Below, in pieces: positions 9,544 to 20,322 of a stretch of 64,000 nucleotides of DNA; position 1 is the stretch's first letter, and each line of letters opens with the position of its first letter. The position numbers were made by a program, and so were the translations under genes. Below the pieces are notes generated by a model. The model was not told the origin of the DNA. It saw only the letters and a program-made list of their open reading frames with translations, and searched no databases. The DNA comes from an uncultured Chloroflexia bacterium (GTDB taxonomy: Bacteria; Chloroflexota; UBA6077; JACCZL01), in NCBI GenBank assembly GCA_963765765.1, contig CAVXYC010000019.1, positions 160,001 through 224,000 of the forward strand, given 5' to 3'.

Positions 9544-11389
9544 CTCACATCCGCATGGTGCCTCCATCGCGGATGACCACGCGCTCGTTACGCACCAAGC
9601 AGCGCCACACTCGCTCGCGCGGATCGCTCCGTGGTGTGTTCTACTTGTCTGCGCCCTTTTAAGTCTTGTCCTTTACGCACTGCTACTGGACACTATTCCG
9701 GGGCTGATTCACGCGCAGCGGAGCTTTGCAGAGCAAGTCATAGCCGTCGCCGCCATTCCACTTCGTGGCTCCTGTCTCGAGATTTGCGGATCCATGCCTC
9801 TGGCGCAGTCGGTGGTTCTCCACGCTGCCGCCTCGGTTCGCTTCATATCAATTCTGCTGGGGCTCTTCCTCACCTATGGAGTAGCGCTTCGAGCGGTGGC
9901 CGGTCGGCGATCGAATGGGCTTGCCATTACTGCCATGGTGGCCGGTGCGTCGTTCCTGCTTCTCATGCTATTGAGTCCGGCGCTCCTGTCGAGTGACATC
10001 TTTAGCTATATCTTCTATGGCCGCATCGCCGGTATCTACGGGGATGACCCGTACACCGAGGTTCCAGCGAGCTATCCCAATGATCCGTATCTTCGGTATG
10101 TATTCTGGGCTCGGGACCCGACCTATTACGGTCCTATCTGGACGCTCGTCTCACGCGCTCTTGCGGTGTTGGGCGGGGATTATGTCGGTCTTACGACGCT
10201 TCTGTTTCGATTACTGGCCATCGCTTCCGTAATCGTCACGTCCGGACTGATCTGGTGGTCACTGGCCAAGACGCGGCCCGAACGGGCGATTCAGGGACTG
10301 GTGTTTTTTCTGTGGAACCCATTAATCGTGATCGAGTTCGGCCTCAGTGCTCACAACGATTCGCTCATGTTGGTGTTCGTGCTCCTGGCCGTTGCCCTGC
10401 ACATCTCGCGTCGATATGCCATAGCCACCACGATGCTGGTGCTCTCAATGCTGGTAAAGGTTGTGGCCGCGCCGCTCATCCCACTCTACGTGGTGATGGC
10501 GCTGCGGCAGATTCCGGGAATCTGGCCCAAAGCCCGTTATCTGCTGGTTAGCGGACTCCTCGTAGTTTCGGTCGCAAGTCTTACATTGGCAGCGGCTCGA
10601 GTAGGGCCTGAGGTTCTAACCGTTGGCTCATTGGGCGTGAGCGCAAACCGGTACGAGAACAGCCTGCATGAGCTGGCGTTCGATTGGCTGCGCGGGGACC
10701 TGGGTAAGGAGTCTGAATGGAATGACGTCCCCGTGAGCTTCGAGCCGCACTGGCTGGGAGCCCACGCGGACGCGGAGTTGTGGTCGGACACAGAGCCGAT
10801 TGGGATGGTCCGGCAGTGGAATACCCTCCTGGCGTTGGCACCTCAGAAGGGTGATTGGATACGAGTGTTTGAATACGCGACCGGTCGAGTGGGCTACGTA
10901 AGGGCCACATCGCTCGGTCCCGTTGGTCGCCCGGGGGACGTTACTGGAGCGGAAATTACGCGCCTGGAAGCGGGTCCGGCAGGAAGCGCGTCAACGAGGG
11001 AAGCCAACACAAGAGTGCGAATTGTGAGCTGGGTGGGGTTCGGCCTGGTCGGGCTCGTTGCCGCGTGGCGTGTACGTGACCTTAGGTCGTTCCTGATCTG
11101 GTCCACAGGAGTCATGCTTGCCTACTATTGGCTTGCGGCCGCGTGGATCTGGCCCTGGTATGTGACATGGGCCTTTGTTCTTGCAGCGCTCGTCCCGAAT
11201 ACTCGCATCGCTGGTCTGGCCGCGATTCTTTCAGCAGCGGTGCTCACGCTCTACGCGAGCCTCGGGTTTGAGGGCACGGTCGATGATTGGATCTTCGTCT
11301 ATCGAGCGTTGCCAGCATTCGCGCTGCCGCTGGTGGCCTGGGTATTGTGGCTGGGGTTGAGGCGGATGCTGCCACAAGGAGTGCGATAA
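9500..11389 (+). CDS. GT-C polyprenol-phosphomannose-dependent mannosyltransferase (MptA/MptB-like) with inserted SH3-like domain
   Basis: LSSDIFSYIFYGRI..DPY, YGPIW, WNPLIVIEFGLSAHNDSLM, WPWY motifs. Confidence 0.82.
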   Translation: MSPGKWQIPLATSIDSHPHGASIADDHALVTHQAAPHSLARIAPWCVLLVCALLSLVLYALLLDTIPGLIHAQRSFAEQVIAVAAIPLRGSCLEICGSMPLAQSVVLHAAASVRFISILLGLFLTYGVALRAVAGRRSNGLAITAMVAGASFLLLMLLSPALLSSDIFSYIFYGRIAGIYGDDPYTEVPASYPNDPYLRYVFWARDPTYYGPIWTLVSRALAVLGGDYVGLTTLLFRLLAIASVIVTSGLIWWSLAKTRPERAIQGLVFFLWNPLIVIEFGLSAHNDSLMLVFVLLAVALHISRRYAIATTMLVLSMLVKVVAAPLIPLYVVMALRQIPGIWPKARYLLVSGLLVVSVASLTLAAARVGPEVLTVGSLGVSANRYENSLHELAFDWLRGDLGKESEWNDVPVSFEPHWLGAHADAELWSDTEPIGMVRQWNTLLALAPQKGDWIRVFEYATGRVGYVRATSLGPVGRPGDVTGAEITRLEAGPAGSASTREANTRVRIVSWVGFGLVGLVAAWRVRDLRSFLIWSTGVMLAYYWLAAAWIWPWYVTWAFVLAALVPNTRIAGLAAILSAAVLTLYASLGFEGTVDDWIFVYRALPAFALPLVAWVLWLGLRRMLPQGVR

Positions 11390-11448
11390 CCGGCTCATGG
11401 TGGTGCAGTAGCGCCTCGCTCACTATCGAGCTTCGCCTGGTTCGCGGA

Positions 11449-11802
11449 TCAATCGCCCTGCAGGCTGGGAATCTCGATCCTCCCGTCTGGGCCAGTTGCG
11501 AGCGGCGTCACTTGGGTTGCCGCGTCCACATTGAGCGGACCATAGATGTGCGGATACTGTTCGTTTCCAACCGGATCGAACCTCAGGGGCGATCCAATAC
11601 GATCCGTCTCGAGCGTAATGAGTACCAGATCGGTCAGTCCGCGATAGAACGTATCAGCCACTCGCTGAACCTGCCTGTCCGTACTGCAGTGAATGAACCC
11701 TACCTCATCGAGCGTCCGTCCGAGCGTCGAGACACGATACTCTCCGTCCTCGACCGCCGCGGTCCAACCCTCGCGCCTTGCAATATGAAAGACTCGGCTC
11801 AT
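11449..11802 (-). CDS. DUF952 family protein
   Basis: VFHIA...LDEVGFIHCST..QV..VA..FY...YPHIYGPLN. Confidence 0.9.
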   Translation of the reverse strand: MSRVFHIARREGWTAAVEDGEYRVSTLGRTLDEVGFIHCSTDRQVQRVADTFYRGLTDLVLITLETDRIGSPLRFDPVGNEQYPHIYGPLNVDAATQVTPLATGPDGRIEIPSLQGD

Positions 11803-12594
11803 TGTTGGTTCTCGGCTGAGTAATCGCAATCGCGTCCGCACCACCGCGGAGTGGAGCCTATCCCTGAATTGTGCCCAGTTATAAAGCCGACATTCAGAGA
11901 GCGATCGCTGCGAGCCCGATGAAGAGAGCTGAGGATTGCGATTAGGCTCCAGTGGATCGAAGATCGCGGGCGACGACCACCGGCCGCGGCTTTCCTAGAC
12001 GGATGCCGCGCGCATATCGACTGGGATTAGCGGTAGCGCATGGTACAGTGGCGGGGCGTCTTCGGGGTCTTCAGGCGGGTCCAAGATTTCCAGCTGACGA
12101 CACGCCGGATGCAGGTGAGCGATCGCTGGATCAACCAGCACTCTGGGCTCTGCGAGCGGATACAGTCAAATAGTAAGTCGTGGCCGCACGAGATATGCGC
12201 GCTCGACCTTCACTTAAGAACCGTCGATTCGCGTCGCCCACGGTCTCCAGTAATCATTCCGCGTCTCAGGCGCAATGGTTAAGCAATCGGAGGTTCGGGC
12301 TCCGCAGGCTCCGGTTCAGGCTCGCTGGGCGGTGGAAGAGGACCCGGTTCTGGGGCCTCGACTTCGCCTGAATCCATCATCCTGTGCCGTATGAATGTAC
12401 TCAACATCATGATCGGCCTCCCCATAACATACACGAGTAGTTTGACCCCGAAGAAGCGGTTTTCAACACATCGCACACATCGCACCGGAGTGGAACGTGC
12501 ACACCGATTGCCCTATGGCTCGCTCGCACGGGTAGGATGTCGACGGTCTCCATCTGAACGCCGCTCGTTGAGTGGATCACACGTGGAGGACCGC

Positions 12595-12623
12595 TTGACA
12601 TTGAGAAACCAGGCCCGTACGGT
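12595..12623 (+). promoter_or_regulatory. sigma70-type promoter for the amidohydrolase-SDR genes
   Basis: TTGACA-17 bp-TACGGT, 38 bp upstream of ATG 12662. Confidence 0.55.
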
Positions 12624-12661
12624 CTCCTCAAACCTCCATTCACTGACAACGGAGCTAGTAT

Positions 12662-13840
12662 ATGAGCGACATCAACGCGTGGGACGGCGATGGCCACGTT
12701 GAAGAGTGGGAAGAGACGTTCTCAGACAAATACCTGGAGCCGGAATTTCGCGATAGACGTCCTGTTGTTGTCGAGACGGGTGAGTTCGAGCACGACTACA
12801 TCTGGGAGATCGATGGACAGCGCATCCGTATAGGCGGATCGCCATCGAGCCGCGGTGGGGTGGTCTCGACCGAGTACGAGATGATGGCCCGGTGGCGCGG
12901 CCCGCACGAGAGCGGCGAGTTTCACAGTGCAAAAGACCGCCTCGCGGTGATGGACGCGGAGGACACCTGGCTCTCGGTCAACTACCCGACGCTCTTTCTG
13001 CGCTGGCCGGTGGCTGCCGATCCGAAGCTCAATCAGGCGCTCACGCGGTCCTACAACAACTGGGTCGCGGATATCTCGAACCAGTGTGCGGAGCGGCTCA
13101 AATGGGCCACGGTCATCGATGCGCATGATCCAAAGGAAGCGGCTCGTGAGATGGAACGCACGCTGGAGATGGGCTCCGTGGGTGTGATGGTGCTGGGCGA
13201 CTACTCGACGAAGTCGCTGGACCATCCGGACTTCATTCCCATCTGGGACACGGCCAATCAGACTGGCATGTCGATCAACGTCCACCCGGGAACTGGAGCG
13301 ATCGACGCTGCTCGAGCATTTCCAAGCGTGGCCGCCGATCAGTTCCTGATGTCGGTGGTGCGTGGATTCAAATCGATCTGCAGCTCTGGCCTGCTGGATC
13401 GTTATCCGAATGTCAAGGTCTCCTTCCTGGAGACTGGCTGCACCTGGGTGGATTTCGCGGTAGAAGTCATGGACTTCTCGCTCGATAACATTCGTGATCG
13501 CATGAAGATCGGAACCTTGCGCTCGGAGCACAAGCCGATCATCGAACGGGGCCTACCCCAGATGACGCCCCTGGAGTACATCCAGGCTGGGCGCATCTTC
13601 ATTGGCTACGAAGTGGACGATCAGCTTCTGCCGTACATGGTGGACAAATACGGGACCGATTGTTGGGTGTACGCCAGCGACATTCCCCACGCGCATCGCA
13701 AGCCCGACTCGGCCAAGCACATTCTCAATCGGGCGGATTTATCCGACTCAGCCAAGCAGCGCATCCTCTGGGAGGGCACGGCTCGGTTGTATGGGCTGGA
13801 GTCGCCGCTGACTCAGCCCGTAGGTGCGGGGCGATCGTAG
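12662..13840 (+). CDS. Amidohydrolase_2 family metal-dependent hydrolase/decarboxylase
   Basis: DGDGHVEE, RSYNNWVAD, VHP, LDRYPNVKVSFLETGCTW, ASDIPH. Confidence 0.9.
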   Translation: MSDINAWDGDGHVEEWEETFSDKYLEPEFRDRRPVVVETGEFEHDYIWEIDGQRIRIGGSPSSRGGVVSTEYEMMARWRGPHESGEFHSAKDRLAVMDAEDTWLSVNYPTLFLRWPVAADPKLNQALTRSYNNWVADISNQCAERLKWATVIDAHDPKEAAREMERTLEMGSVGVMVLGDYSTKSLDHPDFIPIWDTANQTGMSINVHPGTGAIDAARAFPSVAADQFLMSVVRGFKSICSSGLLDRYPNVKVSFLETGCTWVDFAVEVMDFSLDNIRDRMKIGTLRSEHKPIIERGLPQMTPLEYIQAGRIFIGYEVDDQLLPYMVDKYGTDCWVYASDIPHAHRKPDSAKHILNRADLSDSAKQRILWEGTARLYGLESPLTQPVGAGRS

Positions 13841-13868
13841 TCAGCGACCTGACATGCGTTAGGAGAAC

Positions 13869-14630
13869 TTGATGGGAAAGTTGGACGGCAAGTCCATCAT
13901 CGTAACCGGGGCGGCGCAGGGTCTTGGCCGTGAGTACGGCATTCGGCTGGCGCAAGACGGGGCTCGGCTCGCTATTGCGGACATCAAGGATTGTGGCGAG
14001 ACGGCTGAGCGCATCCAGATGGCCGGCGGCGAAGTGATGGACCTCAATATCGACGTGAGCAGCGAAGAGCAGATGCTGGAGCTGGCTCGGCGAACGCATG
14101 AGCGATATGGTCGAATCGACGGTCTGCTAAATAACGCCGGCATCACCAGAGTCACCGCCACGAAATCCATCATGGACGTTGACATGGATGCCTGGGACCG
14201 CATCTACTCGGTGCATGCGCGCGGCACGTTCCTAGGCATCCGCGCCGTGTTTCCGTACATGAAAGAGGCCGGCGGCGGGACAATCGTGAACGTGTCTTCG
14301 GGCAGCATCTTGAGGATCGCCCGCGCCGTGGACGAGCTCAATGTTGCCTACGTCTCTTCTAAGGCCGCGATCATGGGCATCACCCGCGCAGTGGCCCGTG
14401 AGCTCGGGGCCTACAACATCAATGTCATCACGATCGCGCCGGGCAGCACGACCGCGGATCGTGACGATCCGCTGTCTCCCGATGATGCCATCGATGAGCC
14501 CGACGCCTCGCTCCGTCGACGCGGCGTGCCCTCTGACCTCTCCGGAGTCATGGCGTTCCTATTCAGTGAAGATGCTCGCTTTATCAGCGGTCAGATGATC
14601 GTGGTGAATGGTGGGCGTGAGGTCTACTAG
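13869..14630 (+). CDS. SDR family NAD(P)-dependent oxidoreductase
   Basis: TGAAQGLG, NNAG, YVSSK catalytic motif, ISGQMIVVNGG. Confidence 0.95.
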   Translation: MMGKLDGKSIIVTGAAQGLGREYGIRLAQDGARLAIADIKDCGETAERIQMAGGEVMDLNIDVSSEEQMLELARRTHERYGRIDGLLNNAGITRVTATKSIMDVDMDAWDRIYSVHARGTFLGIRAVFPYMKEAGGGTIVNVSSGSILRIARAVDELNVAYVSSKAAIMGITRAVARELGAYNINVITIAPGSTTADRDDPLSPDDAIDEPDASLRRRGVPSDLSGVMAFLFSEDARFISGQMIVVNGGREVY

Positions 14631-14653
14631 TCCTGCATCCTTCACCATCGGCC

Positions 14654-14745
14654 CCCTCGCCCATTGGGAAAGGGCTGGGGTGAGTGGCTAGAGCGATGAG
14701 TCTCGTCGCTCTGCCCTCACCCCAACCTCTCCTAATGGGCGAGGG
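14654..14745. repeat. REP-like inverted repeat, family B (CCCTCNCCC..GGGNGAGGG)
   Basis: ccctcgcccattgggaaagggctggggtgag paired with ctcaccccaacctctcctaatgggcgaggg; related copy at 32059. Confidence 0.8.
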
Positions 14746-14770
14746 AGCTAATCACCAGGAAGCCGCCACG

Positions 14771-15683
14771 ATGCAGCGCCTGACACGCGACCACAAGATC
14801 TACTTCCTGGATCCGGACATTCCCTCCTGCCATCTCCATTGAGTCAGGCGAGGAGATGGTCGTGGAGACGTGGGATGCGTTCGAGGGTACGCGCGATGCG
14901 CTCGAGTTTCAGTCTCGGGCGCAAATCGGACCGGCAATCGGACCTATTCACGTGGCGGGGGCCGAGCCGGGCGACGCTCTCAAGGTTGAGTTTCTGAGCG
15001 TCACACCGAAGGCGCATGAGAACGCCGCTCACATGATGATGGCAGGAAGAGGCTTCCTCAACACCGATTTCCCGGATGGTCACTGCACGCCGCTCACTAT
15101 CGAAGGCAATGACATCATCTTTCCAGGTGGCCTGCGAATTCCCATGCGACCGTCCATGGGGTTTGTGGCTACCACTCCCACCTATCGGCAAAGTACAGCC
15201 AGCGATAGCGGTGCGTACGGTGGCGATATCGATATGCAGGAGCTTGTCGCCGGCAGTACGCTCTGGCTACCGGTGTTCGTCCCGGGCGGCATGCTGGCGA
15301 TGGGCGATTGCCACGCGTTGGCGTGCGACGGCGCGGTTGCTGGTACGGCCGCGGAGTGCGCCTCCAACGCGCACATCCGAGTAACGGTGGAGCGCGGCAT
15401 TGACCTGCCCGCGCCCCGCGCACTGACGCCTACCTCTTTCGCTACCCTGGCCTACGGGCCGGATCTCGGTTCCGCCATGCGCCAGGCGGTTCGATACATG
15501 GTGGATTTCCTGGTGCAGGAGCACGGCATGGATCCGCTGGACGCCTACACGCTGCTAAGTCTGGCGGCGGACATCCGACTCTCGCGCACGTTCCGCGAGG
15601 TAAGCTCGGTAAAGCTGCTGCTGAAGCGGTCGGTGCTGGAGCAGATTGAGAAACGAGGCACTACGAGCATTGGGACCACATGA
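14771..15683 (+). CDS. Acetamidase/formamidase family protein; frameshift near 14825
   Basis: MQRLTRDHKIYF...IESGEEMVVETWDA, GPIHVAGAEPGDALKV, GGDIDMQEL..GSTLWLPVFVPG..LAMGDCHA. Confidence 0.88.
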
Positions 15684-16159
15684 CAGATTCAGGTTCTCGC
15701 GGATCGAGTACGCGCGTTTCGCGCGTCATCAGAGCGTCGCGGCCCATTGTTTACCAGGCGTTTGTCGATGCAGATTCAGTGCTGGCGTGGTTGCCACCTG
15801 ATGGGATGCGTGGGGAAATCATCGACTTCGACCCCCGCCCGAATGGGGCGTTCAGCATGTCGTTGGTGTATCTGGAAGCAGAGCACCGAGTTGCCGGTAA
15901 GACAGCGGAGGACCGCGATACATTCCAGGGGCGATTCGTCGAGCTTGTACCGGATGAGAAGATCGTTCAGACCGTCGACTTCGAGTCGCCTGATCCGGAC
16001 TTCGCCGGAACGATGCGCATCACCTGGAGCCTTCTGGATGTAATCTCGGGAACGGAAGTTACGTGCTTGTGCGAGAACATCCCGTCCGGAATTCGGCCCG
16101 AGGACAATGAGGAGGGCTGTAAGTCCTCTCTTGCAAAGCTGGCGGTGTTGGTGGAATAG
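15680..16159 (+). CDS. SRPBCC/AHSA1 domain protein
   Basis: VSRVIRASRPIVYQAFVD..WLPPDGM...GRFVELVPDEKIVQ. Confidence 0.88.
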   Translation: MTDSGSRGSSTRVSRVIRASRPIVYQAFVDADSVLAWLPPDGMRGEIIDFDPRPNGAFSMSLVYLEAEHRVAGKTAEDRDTFQGRFVELVPDEKIVQTVDFESPDPDFAGTMRITWSLLDVISGTEVTCLCENIPSGIRPEDNEEGCKSSLAKLAVLVE

Positions 16160-16219
16160 CATTTGGCGATATTCCCCATGTCTAACTAGGTCTGGTCGTT
16201 CTTTGAGGCTCTAGGGCTC

Positions 16220-16340
16220 CTTGTGATGCCGAGGGACGAGGCATCTCCCGGGCATCGTGTCACTTACTGATGGAATGAGTGGATGTTCCGAGTCGGCGAT
16301 TCCGATGCCCGGGAGATGCCTCGGCCCTCGGCATCACAAG
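16220..16340. repeat. Long inverted repeat (38-bp arms, 1 mismatch), REP-like, related to family A
   Basis: cttgtgatgccgagggacgaggcatctcccgggcatcg ... cgatgcccgggagatgcctcggccctcggcatcacaag. Confidence 0.85.
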
Positions 16341-16446
16341 AAAATTGAAGGAAGGAAAGTCATCGGGGGAGCGGATCTCGGTCATCGGGCGGGCTGGCGC
16401 GCCGGCCACATCATTTATTCGACACTGACCGGTATCCTAGGGGCAC

Positions 16447-17715
16447 ATGCGCTCCACCCCTGAGCCCGCCTTAGCCACCGGACAGCCAAAGACCTGGCGT
16501 CTTAACGGGCGACAGCAGGCACTCTTCTTTCTGGCCTGCGGATTTCCGATCAACTTCCTATCTATGGTGGGATTCCTCATCCCGCTGAGAGCGCACGAGC
16601 TTGGCGCGCCGGTGGCGCTAGTCGGCGTGATCGTCGGCGCGGGAGCCATTCTCGGAATGATCCTCGCTGTGCCCGCTGGAGCAATGGCGGACCGCATGGG
16701 CCCGCGCCAGGCGTTCATCATCGGAACGCTTCTCAATGGTTTAGCTGCACTGGGTTTCTGGCTGGCGGACAGCTACTGGATCATTCTCGTACTCCAGATC
16801 GTGCGAGGACTGCCGCACAGCATGTCGTGGGTGGCGTCACAGTCCTACCTTTCGACGATGGGCGCGCCGAACGAGCGGGCCATGCTGGCGGGGCGGTTCA
16901 GCTTTGCCAGCGGACTGGGCGGATTGGTCTCACCGCTCACCATCGGCGCCGTGGCGACCTGGCTTGGATTTCAGCAGAGCTTCTTATTCGTGGCACTCTA
17001 CAGTTTGCTCAGCGTGCTCATGGCTGTGGCGCTTCCGGATATCCGCGCACCCAAGGCGCAGACGCAGGCAAGTACGGGCGGTTTTGCCGAGGCCGCCGCG
17101 CTTCTTCGCCAGCGTGGCCCGCAGGTGGCGGTGCTGCTTACCTTCGTCCGACTTTGGGTAGGTACGGGTTGGAACGCGTTCTTTCCGATTTATCTCGCTG
17201 AGCGCGGATTTAGTCCGTTTCTGATTGGAACTGTGGTTTCGGGCAGCGGTCTGATATCGTCGTTCACCGGGCTGATCGCTCACCGGCTCACTCGCCGAAC
17301 GTCAAATCAGGTGGTCACGGCTGCCGCGTTGGCGCTGGGCGCACTCGGCACGGCAATCTCGCCGTACGTCGCATTCGTTCCGCTGGTCTACGCACCGGCC
17401 ATGTTTCAGGGTGTGGGCGCGGGCTTTAGCATGCCATTGGTGCTGGCGATGCTTTCTGCCGAGGTGCCAGCGAGTCAGCGGGGTATCGCCATGGGCTTGC
17501 GCACTGGTGCAAACCAGGCCGGAAATATGGTGGCGCCGGTGGTGACCGGCCTTCTCATCAGCGCGTTTGGCCTTCCGCTCGGGTTTCTCGGGAGCGCGGT
17601 GTTGTGCTGGTCCGTGCTCGGCTTCGCACTCTGGCTGCACTTCGGCGGTGCGAATCCACAGGCTGCTTCGGCTTCTTCAGCCGCGATTGGGGCTTCTGCG
17701 GAATCTGACGGGTAA
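16447..17715 (+). CDS. MFS transporter
   Basis: GAMADRMGPR motif A, about 12 TM segments. Confidence 0.9.
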   Translation: MRSTPEPALATGQPKTWRLNGRQQALFFLACGFPINFLSMVGFLIPLRAHELGAPVALVGVIVGAGAILGMILAVPAGAMADRMGPRQAFIIGTLLNGLAALGFWLADSYWIILVLQIVRGLPHSMSWVASQSYLSTMGAPNERAMLAGRFSFASGLGGLVSPLTIGAVATWLGFQQSFLFVALYSLLSVLMAVALPDIRAPKAQTQASTGGFAEAAALLRQRGPQVAVLLTFVRLWVGTGWNAFFPIYLAERGFSPFLIGTVVSGSGLISSFTGLIAHRLTRRTSNQVVTAAALALGALGTAISPYVAFVPLVYAPAMFQGVGAGFSMPLVLAMLSAEVPASQRGIAMGLRTGANQAGNMVAPVVTGLLISAFGLPLGFLGSAVLCWSVLGFALWLHFGGANPQAASASSAAIGASAESDG

Positions 17716-17889
17716 CAGCCCCATGTGCATGGGCCACAGGCGAAGCCCGCCAAAGTGTAGGATCGAGTCAGTAGGAGCTGCTCCGGACTGGGAATGCGGA
17801 GCGACTGTTTAGTCACTAGTTCCCGCGCATTACTGACGGACGGAGCATATCTGACAATATCAACTGATCGCATCATCTCCAGGACGAGC

Positions 17890-19138
17890 GTGCCGAGAGT
17901 CATTCGTCGTCACACGATTATTCTCGCTAGCACGCAGGCGCTCGTTGGAATTGGCAGCCAGATGGTGCCTACCCTTGGCGCCCTCATGGTGATGCAGCTT
18001 GCTGGGGAATGCGTCGCTGGCGGGCCTGGCTACGAGCATGTTGAACATCAGTCGCTTCGCCGTGTCCTACCCCACTGGTTGGGTTGCGGATACATACGGT
18101 CGGCGGCTGGCAATGACCATGGGCATGGTGCTGAGCCTCACTGGCTCCATCATCATCGGTCTAGCGATGACATGGACATCGTTTCCGATATTCGTGCTCG
18201 GTATGCTTGCATTCGGCCTGGGGGTAGGCGCCGCGCAACAGCTACGTCTGGCCGCGGCCGACCTGTATCCGCGGTCCCGCCGGGCTGAAGGCTTGGGCTA
18301 CGTGCTCACGGGGTCGCTCGTAGGCGCGCTGGGCGGGCCGATCCTGATCTCCGTGGCACAAGGCGCCGCCCCGGGATGGGGCCTGGATCCGACGGCTCTG
18401 GCCTGGCTACTTGTGCCGGTGCTGCTGATCCCGAGCATGGGCCTCGTCTGGCTGATTCGCCCAGACCCTCGGGAGATAGCTGCCAACATTCGCGACTACT
18501 TTCCGGATGAAGAGCAAGAGTCTGAGCGCGACGACAGCGCACCGCTCAAATCCGGGATCCGGGCATGGCTGGGACACTATCCGATGCGCGTGGCGTTCAC
18601 TTCATCGTTCGCTGCGCAGGGTGTCATGACGATGATGATGGCCATGACGCCGCTGGCCCTGGCGCACCATGGCCACGAGCTTCCGATGATCTCACTGGCC
18701 GTGGCCCTTCACGTGTTTGGAATGTTCGGCCTGTCCCTCCCAATTGGACGTCTCACCGATCGAATCGGTCGACGCAGTGTCCTTCAGCTCGGCGTGATCC
18801 TGAGCGCGTTCGGCTCCGTCATGGTGGTGGTGACCGAGGCGTACTGGCTCATGACCCTGGGCATCATTCTGGTGGGCATCGGTTGGTCGTGTAGCAACGT
18901 GGCCGGATCAGCGCTCATTGCCGACCTCACCGATCCGCGAGAGCGGGGCCGCGCGCTTGGAACCAATGACATGCTCAGCGGCGCTGGCTCAATCGCCCTC
19001 CCGCTGCTCGGCGGACCGCTCGTCGCGCTAGCGGGGCTTCCGGCCCTCGCCCTGATCGCCTGCGGCATCCTGGCCATACCCATGGTGATGTTGATACGGC
19101 TGGGTGATACGCGCGCAATGCAATCTGCACAGGTTTAG
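17890..19138 (+). CDS. MFS transporter; frameshift near 18005
   Basis: N-terminus RRHTIILASTQAL in ORF 17794..18288, remainder in 17999..19138 (GWVADTYGRR, GRLTDRIGRR). Confidence 0.85.
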
Positions 19139-19174
19139 CGAGGTGGCGTAGCGTTCGACGTCGGCTCGGGCTCC

Positions 19175-19208
19175 TTGGGACCGCCGACAGGATGTCGGCG
19201 CTCCCCAA
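19175..19208. repeat. Short REP-like hairpin (GGGACCGCCGACAGGATGTCGG family)
   Basis: Related copies at about 496-523 and 45568-45600. Confidence 0.65.
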
Positions 19209-19324
19209 GAGCGGCGGCCGCTGAACGCCGCTCAGCGGGCCGTTCTTGGGGACCGCTTTCGCGCTATCCTAGGGACCGTCACTAGTGCCTCGCGACGATG
19301 GCTTGGCATGTGGAGAAATGACTC

Positions 19325-20281
19325 ATGGCCCAAGAATTGATCACCGTTGCCATCGAGACCTATGATCGGCACGCACCGCTCCTTGAGGGCGCCGTAACGT
19401 CGTCCGAGGTAAACCTCCAGTTCCTCCAGGTTGAGCAGAGCGGAGATGCCGGGCGGCACGAGCAGTTTCTTCAGCACGGACAGTGGGACGCTGCCGAGCT
19501 GTCATTCTCGTCGTATCTCGTGGCGGTGGATCAAGGCTTGCCCATTCACGCAGTGCCGATCTTTCCGCGGCGACTCTTCAGCCAGTCACAGCTCTATGTG
19601 AATGTGCAGGCTGGGATCCGTGGGCCGGAGGACCTACCGGGCAAGCGCGTAGGACTGAGCACGTACCAGACGACCCTTTCCGTTTTGGCGAAGGGAGACC
19701 TGGCGCACTATTACGGCGTGCCGTGGAAAGAGATTACGTACGTAACCTCTCGGCCCGAGACGGTCGATGTGCCGTTGCCCGCGGATGTCAAGATCGAGCG
19801 TGCCGATGGCATGCGGCAGATTGAGGCGGAGCTGTTGAACGGTACGATCCAGGCATTCTTCAACCCGAGACCACCACGCTCGTTTCTTGATGGGAATCCC
19901 AACGTCGCGCGCTTGTTTGCCGACCCGCAAGCCGAGGAGCAGCGCCATCTCCACGAGCCGGGTTACTTCCCGATCATGCATGTGGCGGCCTATCGACGGG
20001 CCGTTGCCGATCAGCATCCGGAGCTTCCGGAAACGTTATTCGATACATTTGAGCGAGCTCGTCAGCTTGCGCGGCAGCGCTGGAACGATCCGAACTGGTC
20101 GCTGTTACTCTGGGGCAAGCAGGAGCTGGAGCGAGAAGCCGAGCTGCAACCGCATGACCCCTGGCGCAATGGACTCGAAGCCAACAGGAAGAATATCGAA
20201 GACTTTGTGGCCTATAGCCATGAACAAGGATTGATACACAGATTGCTCACACCCGAAGAGCTATTTGCCGCGATCGATTGA
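19325..20281 (+). CDS. 4,5-dihydroxyphthalate decarboxylase-like protein (periplasmic-binding-protein II fold)
   Basis: YDRHAPLLEG, WDAAELSFSSY, PIFPRRLF, YFPIMH, GLEANRK..YSHEQGL; no signal peptide. Confidence 0.8.
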   Translation: MAQELITVAIETYDRHAPLLEGAVTSSEVNLQFLQVEQSGDAGRHEQFLQHGQWDAAELSFSSYLVAVDQGLPIHAVPIFPRRLFSQSQLYVNVQAGIRGPEDLPGKRVGLSTYQTTLSVLAKGDLAHYYGVPWKEITYVTSRPETVDVPLPADVKIERADGMRQIEAELLNGTIQAFFNPRPPRSFLDGNPNVARLFADPQAEEQRHLHEPGYFPIMHVAAYRRAVADQHPELPETLFDTFERARQLARQRWNDPNWSLLLWGKQELEREAELQPHDPWRNGLEANRKNIEDFVAYSHEQGLIHRLLTPEELFAAID

Positions 20282-20322
20282 GCAAACGCAACATGACGTG
20301 CTCGCCAGGAAAGGGCTGATGG

